From a virus (lineage: Duplodnaviria; Caudoviricetes), in the IMG/VR virus record IMGVR_UViG_3300034410_000589, positions 1 through 64,000 of that record: a stretch of 64,000 nt of DNA, one strand, 5' to 3'. Made by a program: the position numbers and the translations under genes. Under the pieces are notes generated by a model. The model had not been told where the DNA came from. It was given only the letters and a program-made list of their open reading frames with translations, and ran no database searches. Shown in pieces: positions 46,369 through 55,100 of this stretch; the first letter of the stretch is position 1, and every line of letters begins with the position of its first letter.

Positions 46369-49300
46369 TTATCCTAAGTATAAAACTGTTTCAATTGCTA
46401 AATCTGCCGCGTCTGCTGGATTAATACCAGAGCCTGCACCAGCTGAAGATGCCCAGTTTATGCCATCAAATATTTCAACCCTGTCGTCTTCAGTGTTAAA
46501 CCTTGCCATGCCTATTTCTCTATAAGCAACCGCAGGTCTTTCTGCACTAGTACCGCTTGGTATAACAAGTCCACCTGTTCCGCTGAACTTGACATAACCA
46601 TTATTTGTATTTTCGAACTGGGTTATACTATTCGATACTGTATTTATGATTCTGTTGCCATCGAATGCAAAATTCTCTATTTGTACTCTACCAGTTCCTG
46701 CCGCACTTAATACTAAATCTTGATCAGTAGTAAGTGTGCTAATTGTGTTTTGCTCTATTTGTACATCATCTACTTCAAATCTATCTGCATAGAATCTATT
46801 TGAATCAATATCAGCTCTAACAGTATCTTGTGTGTAGAACCTAATCTTGTTGTCATTTTGGCCTTCAACTAATTCTGCTGTAACTTTTGTGTCACCATCT
46901 AAATCTTCAACACCTTGTAATATAATCCAATTAGTTCCATTATAACCTTCATATCTATTTAAATCTTGGTTATATCTAATGTGTCCTGGTAAAGCAGAAG
47001 CAGGTCTTTGCAAGGTTGTACCAACCGGAATGTTAATTGCGCCAGTGCCTGCAAACACTGTGTAGCCTGTTGCAGGAGCAACTAATAAATTAGAACTAGT
47101 ACTTAATGTTGAACCATTAATATCAAAGTCGTCAATAAGAACAGCGCCTGTTCCTGCTGTACGTAACTCTAAGTTACTATTGCTTAATGTGGTTGTAATA
47201 AAGTTATCGTCAATACAAATATCACCAGTTGAAAACTTTTCTGCTTCAATTATACCTGATGCTGTTAAGTTGCCAATAGTTAGTGTGCCGCCAACTTCAA
47301 AATCATTTGTAACTTGTAAGTCATTATTTGGAAATAGTACATCTCCAGTACCCGATGTTTTAATTTCTAAGTTTGCATTTGATTGTGTGCCACTAATAGT
47401 ATTGCCTGATATTGCTATGCCTTCAAAATCAGCATCACCAGTAACAGTTAAGTTACCAGTAACATCGGTTGTACCTGTTTGTGTAAAGTTTCCTGTTTGT
47501 ACAGTATTGCCTACATGTGTAAGTGTTCCGTTTATACCTACAGTGTCGTTTAAAGTAGTCGTTCCGCTTACTGTAAGGTCTTGTGTTGCTTGTAAATTGT
47601 CTTGGACTACTACACTACCAGTTCCATTAGCACGTAGCTCTAAGTCGCTGTTAGACGTTGTAGTTGTAATAAAGTTATCGTCAATTAATACATCGCCAGT
47701 AGTAAAGTTATTTGCTTCAATAGTACCTGTGCTTTGAATATCGCCAACAGTAAGTTGTCCACTAACAGTTAAATCACCAGTTACACTTACATCACTATCT
47801 GGTATTAAAATATTTTGACCAGCTTGTGTTCTAATTTCTAAATCACTATTGCTTTCAGTTGTTTGAATAACATTACCGACTACTTGTACATCTTCAAATT
47901 GTGCTGTACCGTTAATAATTGCGCCGCCAGTAATAGTGTGGTCACCATTAACTGTAAAGTCTCCAGTTACACTTACATCATTATTAACTGTGACTTCGCC
48001 AGTAATTGTAGTTGTACTAAGTTCTGTAACACCAGCAACAGTTAGTGTGTTATCAATTGTAACATCATTATTTGGTATTAAAACATCACCAGTGCCATTA
48101 GCACGGAGTTCTAAATTACTATTACTTAAAGTTGTAGTAATGAAGTTATCGTCAACTAGTAAGTCACCAGTTGAATAACTATTTGCTATAATTGTTCCTG
48201 TGCTTGTAATATTATTAACAGTAAACGTTCCGTTAACATCTAAATCGTTTGTAATTTCTACATCATTATTTGGAACAATAACTTTGCCAGTGCCGGCCGC
48301 ACGTAATTCTAAATCTGCATTGCTTGATGTAGTTGTAATAAAGTTATCATCAATTAGTATTTCTTCAAGTTGTAATTTTTGATTAACAATAATATTATCA
48401 AGTGTCGATGTACCAAGTACTTGTATATTACCAGTGTGTGTTACATTGCCAGTTACTTGTAGTGTTCCATTAATAGTTGTGTCAGAAAGTGTTGACAAAC
48501 CTACAACATTTATGTTATTATTAAATGTTACATCATTACTAGGAACAATTATTTCACCTGTTCCATTAGCACGTAGTTCTAAATTGCTATTAGATTGTGT
48601 TGTGGTAATAAAGTTATCATCGATTAAAATGTCGCCAGTACTAAATCTATCTGCTGTAATTGTACCGCTACTATTAATATCGTTAACAGTTAATGTTCCA
48701 TCTACAATTAAATCATTTGTAATTTCTACGTCATTATTTGGTATAAGAACTTTTCCAGTTCCTACCGCACGTAACTCTAAATTAGTATTTGAAGTAGTAG
48801 TTGTAATAAAGTTATCGTCAATTAATATTTCTTCAAACTGTGCTTGACCTGAAACAGTTAAGTTTTGCGTAATATTAACATCACCAGTAATATTACTGTC
48901 ACCTGTTTGATTAAAATCACCTGTTAGTGTAAACGTTCCGTTGACTACAGTATCTTGTAAATCAGTATCACCACTTACTGTAAGGTCATTATTAATCTGT
49001 ACGTTGTTATTAGGAACAAGTATTTCTCCTGTTCCGTTTGCACGTAGTTCTAATGGACTGTTACTGTCAGTGGTTGTTATAAAATTGTCTTCAATTAAAA
49101 TATTGCCGTTGCTGATTTCACCTGCAATATTAAAATTACCTGTTTGTGTAACATCACCAGTGTGTACTACTGTTCCTATAATCGTAGTATCTTTTAAATC
49201 GGTTGTGCCGTTGACAGTTAAGTTTTGTTCTATAACAACATCACTGCCGTTAATTTTAACATCACCAGTACCTGCAGCATCAATGTTAAGATCTGTATTC

Positions 49301-52020
49301 GGTGTTAATACAGTAATATTGTTATTGTTAATATCAATTGTGCTGTTTGTAAAGTTAGTTGCATCAATCGTTGTTCCAACTAGTGTGTTTGCTTGTATTG
49401 AGTTAGCAAACATATCATTAGTAACTCTAAAAGTATCATTAGGAATTAATACTTCACCTGTACCAACAGCACGAAGTTCTAAGTCTGCATTACTTGACGT
49501 AGTTGTAATAAAGTTATCATCAATTAGTATTTCTTCAAATTCTGCTTTACCAGAAACAGTTAAATTACCACCTACATCAACATCACCTTGTACTGTTTGG
49601 TCACCTGTTTGTATAATGTTACCTGTAATAGTTAGGTCACCTTGAATGTCTACATCTTGTAGTACAGAGTCTCCACCAACTGAAAGATCGCCTGTGATAT
49701 CTACATTTGCACTTGGTACTAATACTCTACCTGTACCACTTGCACGTAATTCTAGATCTGCGTTTGAAACTGTAGTTTCTATAAAGTTGTTTGTAATTCT
49801 AATGTCGCCCATGTCAGCGCCATTTGCGTACAACCATTTCCACATTTTATTATCAGCACCTAAGTTGTATGCTGTATCAATGTTTGGTATTAGATCACTG
49901 TCAATACCTGCTACAATTTGTATTGTATCACTTGCTTCGTCACCTATTGTAATGTTACCACCAATAGTTACATTACCAGTAACATCTAAACTACCTGCAA
50001 CATTTACGTCACTGTTTAAGTTTAATGTTTGTGTAAGTGGATTAATGTTAATATTACCAGCTAAACTTTCTATAGTGTTTCCACTTATTCTCAAGTTACC
50101 AGTGTCAATTCTATCACCGCTTACAAAAGTTGAGTTACCTCCGCTTGTAAATGTAACACCTTGTGTTAAGTCTACATTAAGTGCATTTGCAACAAAGTTT
50201 ACAGTACCGTCATCTTGGTTTACATAAAATAGATCACCTACTCTAAAATCACCTTTATGGTCAACAGTATTAAATCTTATCTTAGCATCATTAAGTTCAA
50301 TTACTTCGTTGTCTTGTAATACCGTACCTGGGTCATTAGTAACTTCTTTACCATTACCAATGTATGCTAAGTTTTGTCCAATAGCATAAACAATTACACC
50401 TGGTCCGTCTCCGTATAAGCCGTAGTTACCATATACACTAGCACTACCAATCATACGTATTTCAGCACCAAAGTCTCTTACATCATGATTTAAAATTGTT
50501 GTTGCTGTTACGCCGCTTCCGTTTGATATGCTTTGCGGTGTTGTATCAAAATCTATAAATTGTACATTTTTGCCATCAATTACAATAACATCATTGTCAA
50601 CACTTTCTGCTGTTACAGCAATAGTTGTAGAACTATCTGTAGATGTAAATGTAATTGTGTCGCCTGCTGTAAATGTTCCTCCAGCAATGCCGCCTAAACG
50701 TACACGAGTTTTACCATCGTTGTACTTTCCTGCTGTACCGTCAAATGCGTACAAGCCTCTATTAGCAAAATATGTAAACGAGTTAAGCCATTCAATTCTT
50801 ACACCATTTGTAGCAATTAATGTGTCAACACCAGGAGTAATAAATGTTACAGCATGGAATAAACAACTTGCTTCTTTTGAACTTGCATTTACAACACTAC
50901 CATCTAAGTATGCGCCAGCACCAGCATCTGCACTGTTAAATCCTCTAGGATCTTCTGCTGTAAGTGTTGTACCTTTTGTAATAACTGTAACATTTTTAAT
51001 ATAAGGACTTCTACTTGTTACAGTCATATTGTTTGCATATTTAAATGCATAACCCGGACTATAAAAATCTTTAATTGATACGTCTTCAACAGTAGTTTCA
51101 CCGTTTAATAAAAACGCATCGTTTGTATTAGTTCCTGCTGTAGGAGTTACTGTAACACTTCTTAATGAATGTCCTTTTACTGTTACTCCTGCCGGAACTG
51201 TTAATGGAAATGTTTCTTCATAAGCACCAGGATAAATGTAAACAGTATCACCTGTGCTTGCTTGTGTAAGAGCTTGTCCTATTGTTAAGAATGGATCTTG
51301 CGGGTGTGTGCCTGTTCTTGCATCATCACCATTTTTTGCAACATAAAAAATGTTGCCTTGACGTAGTGTCATGTCTACGCCATCTAAAACTAAACTGTTT
51401 GCTGTTATCGTATCAGCATTAATTGTATCTGACCAAACTTGGTCCCAACGCTTAGTTGAATTACCTAGTCTATATGTGTCAGTAACATCAGGTATAATAT
51501 CACTTGCAACTTCTGCATTAAATGTAACATTATCTGTGTCTGCATCACCAAGTGTAATATTACCATCTGCACTAATATTACCAGTTGCATGAATGTCGCC
51601 ATTAACTTCTAAGTTTGAAAATACTTCAACTTGTCCTGTTCCGTTAGGACGTAGTTCTAAGTTTGCATTAGAATCGTTTGTATTAATTACATTGTCAAAT
51701 ATTGAAATACTTTGAATGTCAAGTTGACGTTGATAAACAACACTATCTGCGCCCGTTGTTAGAAGATTTAGTGTATTAGCACTTTGGATTGTGTTGCCAG
51801 AAATAGTAATATCAGCAATTTCTGCTATATTATCTACTATTAAATTTGTTGTTCGGGTTGTACCATTAACGTGTAAATCGTGTGATGGAGAATTAGTTCG
51901 TACACCAATACGCTGATTGTTAACATCTAAATATAATAAGTCAGTCTCAAAAGCTAAATCTATTCCATTACGAATAAGATTCGACTTCAAGAGCGGACCC
52001 GATATGCGACCTACAGCCAT
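46369..52020 (-). CDS. Giant repetitive fibre protein (1883 aa)
   Basis: GRISGPLL..NL.RNGIDLAFETD N-terminus, FYVAKNGDD...RSPYIKN core, many IDDNFITTT.SN..LELRA.GTG repeats, two C-terminal P.GT..RP..G..R.N modules. Confidence 0.75.
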   Translation of the reverse strand: MAVGRISGPLLKSNLIRNGIDLAFETDLLYLDVNNQRIGVRTNSPSHDLHVNGTTRTTNLIVDNIAEIADITISGNTIQSANTLNLLTTGADSVVYQRQLDIQSISIFDNVINTNDSNANLELRPNGTGQVEVFSNLEVNGDIHATGNISADGNITLGDADTDNVTFNAEVASDIIPDVTDTYRLGNSTKRWDQVWSDTINADTITANSLVLDGVDMTLRQGNIFYVAKNGDDARTGTHPQDPFLTIGQALTQASTGDTVYIYPGAYEETFPLTVPAGVTVKGHSLRSVTVTPTAGTNTNDAFLLNGETTVEDVSIKDFYSPGYAFKYANNMTVTSRSPYIKNVTVITKGTTLTAEDPRGFNSADAGAGAYLDGSVVNASSKEASCLFHAVTFITPGVDTLIATNGVRIEWLNSFTYFANRGLYAFDGTAGKYNDGKTRVRLGGIAGGTFTAGDTITFTSTDSSTTIAVTAESVDNDVIVIDGKNVQFIDFDTTPQSISNGSGVTATTILNHDVRDFGAEIRMIGSASVYGNYGLYGDGPGVIVYAIGQNLAYIGNGKEVTNDPGTVLQDNEVIELNDAKIRFNTVDHKGDFRVGDLFYVNQDDGTVNFVANALNVDLTQGVTFTSGGNSTFVSGDRIDTGNLRISGNTIESLAGNININPLTQTLNLNSDVNVAGSLDVTGNVTIGGNITIGDEASDTIQIVAGIDSDLIPNIDTAYNLGADNKMWKWLYANGADMGDIRITNNFIETTVSNADLELRASGTGRVLVPSANVDITGDLSVGGDSVLQDVDIQGDLTITGNIIQTGDQTVQGDVDVGGNLTVSGKAEFEEILIDDNFITTTSSNADLELRAVGTGEVLIPNDTFRVTNDMFANSIQANTLVGTTIDATNFTNSTIDINNNNITVLTPNTDLNIDAAGTGDVKINGSDVVIEQNLTVNGTTDLKDTTIIGTVVHTGDVTQTGNFNIAGEISNGNILIEDNFITTTDSNSPLELRANGTGEILVPNNNVQINNDLTVSGDTDLQDTVVNGTFTLTGDFNQTGDSNITGDVNITQNLTVSGQAQFEEILIDDNFITTTTSNTNLELRAVGTGKVLIPNNDVEITNDLIVDGTLTVNDINSSGTITADRFSTGDILIDDNFITTTQSNSNLELRANGTGEIIVPSNDVTFNNNINVVGLSTLSDTTINGTLQVTGNVTHTGNIQVLGTSTLDNIIVNQKLQLEEILIDDNFITTTSSNADLELRAAGTGKVIVPNNDVEITNDLDVNGTFTVNNITSTGTIIANSYSTGDLLVDDNFITTTLSNSNLELRANGTGDVLIPNNDVTIDNTLTVAGVTELSTTTITGEVTVNNDVSVTGDFTVNGDHTITGGAIINGTAQFEDVQVVGNVIQTTESNSDLEIRTQAGQNILIPDSDVSVTGDLTVSGQLTVGDIQSTGTIEANNFTTGDVLIDDNFITTTTSNSDLELRANGTGSVVVQDNLQATQDLTVSGTTTLNDTVGINGTLTHVGNTVQTGNFTQTGTTDVTGNLTVTGDADFEGIAISGNTISGTQSNANLEIKTSGTGDVLFPNNDLQVTNDFEVGGTLTIGNLTASGIIEAEKFSTGDICIDDNFITTTLSNSNLELRTAGTGAVLIDDFDINGSTLSTSSNLLVAPATGYTVFAGTGAINIPVGTTLQRPASALPGHIRYNQDLNRYEGYNGTNWIILQGVEDLDGDTKVTAELVEGQNDNKIRFYTQDTVRADIDSNRFYADRFEVDDVQIEQNTISTLTTDQDLVLSAAGTGRVQIENFAFDGNRIINTVSNSITQFENTNNGYVKFSGTGGLVIPSGTSAERPAVAYREIGMARFNTEDDRVEIFDGINWASSAGAGSGINPADAADLAIETVLYLG

Positions 52021-52126
52021 ATTCTCTCCTTACACGGGGATCCTGTCCCTCTAGCCTAATTTTCACCCTTTCGGTTCTTTGCTGGCTAACCACAGTTTGT
52101 ACTGCAACATTGGTCTATGCTGCATT
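52021..52126 (-). ncRNA. Candidate structured 5' leader (106 nt) of the 1883-aa fibre gene
   Basis: Lies between GATAAATA (52132-52139) and ATG. Stems UGCAGCAU/AUGUUGCA, UUAGCC/GGCUAG, ACC/GGU, GGGA/UCCC, UACA/UGUA next to SD AAGGAG. Confidence 0.5.
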
Positions 52127-52131
52127 AATAG

Positions 52132-52139
52132 TATTTATC
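52132..52139 (-). promoter_or_regulatory. Late promoter motif GATAAATA
   Basis: Precedes the 106-nt leader. Confidence 0.65.
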
Positions 52140-52161
52140 CGTTATAGAGAAAAGGGCTTGG

Positions 52162-55100
52162 TTAGCCTAGTATAAGAGTCCATTCATCAATGGCTTCACC
52201 GATAACAAGTGCATCTGCTTGGCTATTATCACCTGCAACAGATACCCATTCTGTACCGTTCCATACTTCTGCACCAGGTGCTTCTGTATTGTACCTAAGT
52301 TCACCAACAACAGGTGTTGCACCTCTGTTTGAATTGTCTCCAGTAGGTAACACCATACCGTTAACTTGAGTGTTAATTTTTACATAACCATCGTCTGTAG
52401 ATATAATATGTAAACCATCATCGTTTGCTAGGTTTTGTATTTTATTATCATCAAATGCTGTATCGTCAAAAAACTTAACTTTACCTGCGCCATTTGGAAC
52501 TAATTGCAATGCTGTATTATTTTCTGAAGTAACTATGTTATCAGATATAGTTATATTTGTTGTTTGCAGTGATGTAGAAATATTTACACCGTCAAGTGCT
52601 ACACTACCTACTTTAGTTCCTGCTACCCTAAATTCAACTTCGTTGTTTAGTGCTTGTACATTTGTTTGTGCATCTTCACTGAATACACCACCAAAATACT
52701 GGTTTGCTTGACTAAATCCTTCAAATAGATTTACCTCTGTGTTAAATCTCATATCACCTGGATTACCGTTTGGTTCTAATGATGTACCTGCATCGTAGAA
52801 TGTATCTGTTGGACCAAACACAGTAAGTGCATCGCCGCCGTCAACTGTTGTAGGTTGGGGATCATTTACACCATTACCACCATCTAATGTAATAGACGCT
52901 GTTGTTGCTACAATACGTTGTGAATTTAATCCTGCTGGTAATTTAATAGATCGTGTGCTATCAAATTCAACAATGTCAGTTCCTATTGTAATATTATTAT
53001 CAGATCTTAACGTAAAATCTTCAAATTCTAACTCTTCAATAAACACTGTGCCAGTACCAGATGTACGTAACTCTAAATTACTATTACTGTTTGTAGTTGT
53101 TATAACATTTTGAAATATTTCAATATCGTCAGTTAATACAAACTTATTTGCTGTAACAATATTATCAATTACAAAGTTCGATGCCGAAGCAGATGTTGCT
53201 GATAAATTATTATTTACTTTACCTTGTTCAATAACAACATCGCCTGTTCCAGATGCTGTAAATGTTAAGTCTCCTGCATTATTATTTGTTAATGTACTAT
53301 CTTCAAATGTAAAGTTGCCTAAATCAGTTTGGCTATCTACAGTTAAGTTTGTTACCGAAACGTTACCTGTAATGTCTCTGTTTCCGTTTTGATTAACATT
53401 AGAGTTAATATTAAGTGTTGAATTTATATTTGTATTTTGTAAACTAGTTGCACCGTCAACTACAGCGTTTCCTGTTATATCAAAATTATTATCAATTTCT
53501 ACGTCACCGGCAGCTCTTAGTTCTAAATTACTGTTACTATTTGTTGTTGTTATAACATTGTCAAATATTTCTATGTCAGTTGAACTAACCATATTTTCTA
53601 ATGCAACACTATCTAAGATTCGTAAACTACCAAACGATGCAGCATTTGCTGACATATCCTGACTTACTATTGTATCTGTTAGAGACACAATACCAGTTCC
53701 ACTTGCATTTAATGTAAGGTCGCTTGCAGTAGACAGTATAAGTTGATTACTATTAATCTGTAAGTTTCCAATACTATCATATTGTAAAGGACCTGTGTGC
53801 TGAACTGTAAGTGTACCATTAATTGTAGCACCGGAAGTAGTTTGTAACGTACCAGTCATTGTTACATTATTATTAACTGTTGTTAGTCCGCTAATAATTA
53901 ACTCATCATTAATTGTTGTTAGGTCATTAACAGTTAAATCATTTGTAATATCTAAATCATTTTGTACATCAATAATACCTGTGCCATTTGCACGTAATTC
54001 TAAGTTACTATTGCTTAATGTAGTTGTTACAACATTATTAAAAAATTCAATATCGTCACTGTCTAATAATGCAGCTTCAAAATCTTGATCTGCAATAATA
54101 TTAGTTGCTGTAAGATTATCTGCACTTACATTATTTTCAAAAACAACGTCTTCTTGAAAGACAACTTTGCCTGTGCCATTTGCACGTAATTCTAAATCAC
54201 TATTACTATTAACACTTGTAATAACATTACCATCAATAGTAACACCTTCAAACTCTTGTTTATTTTCGGTTAATATTAATTCGTCTGTAGTAAGTGTACC
54301 TGTAACAGTATAATCATTAGTAAATGTTGTATTGCCATTAATATTTGTAATGCCTGTAATTTCAACATTGTCTAAAGTGCTTAGTGTATTAACGTTAAGT
54401 GCATTAGTAATAGTTGTATTATCAGTAAACACAATATTTCCATTACCGTCTGCACGTAACTCTAAATTTGTGTTAGATATTTTTGTACTAATAAAGTTAT
54501 CGTCTATTTCTATAATGCTAGTAGGTATAATTAATTCATTTAACACTAAGTCTTGGGCAACATTAACATTTACAACTTGTGCATTTGCTGCACTTATATT
54601 ATTTGTAATTTCTACATTGCTATTAGGTACTAATACATTACCTGTTCCAACAGCACGAAGTTCTAAATCTGCATTACTTGACGTAGTAGTAATAAAATTA
54701 TCATCAATTAATATTTCTTCAAACTGTGCCTGTTGTGTAACATCAATATTTTGTGTAACTGTTAAGTTTCCTGTAAACCCTCTGTCGCCGTCGACATACG
54801 AAAATCCTGGTTCAAACGTTCCTGTAACAGTAAAGTTACTAAATGTACTAGTACCGTTTACGTCTAAATTATTGTTTATAGTTACACTTTCGGGTATATA
54901 AATTTCTCCAGTGCCATTAGCACGAAGTTCTAAGTTACTATTTGATTCTGTTGCAGTAATAAAGTTATCTTCAATTAATATATTACCGTTGCTTATTTCA
55001 CCTGCAATATTGTAATTGCCTGATTGCGTTCTATTACCAGTGTGTTGTAAACTACCTACAACATTTAAATCTGCAAGGTTGTTACTACCTTCTACTGTAA

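Noticed and set aside
52021-52126. Resemblance of the leader to c-di-GMP-I (GCAAA...GAAA) and SAM-I (GAGGGA..GG) riboswitch fragments
   Set aside because: Other required elements (tetraloop receptor and GAC/GC core; AUC..GAU P1 and GCAACC) are absent or in the wrong order; kept only as an unclassified structured RNA
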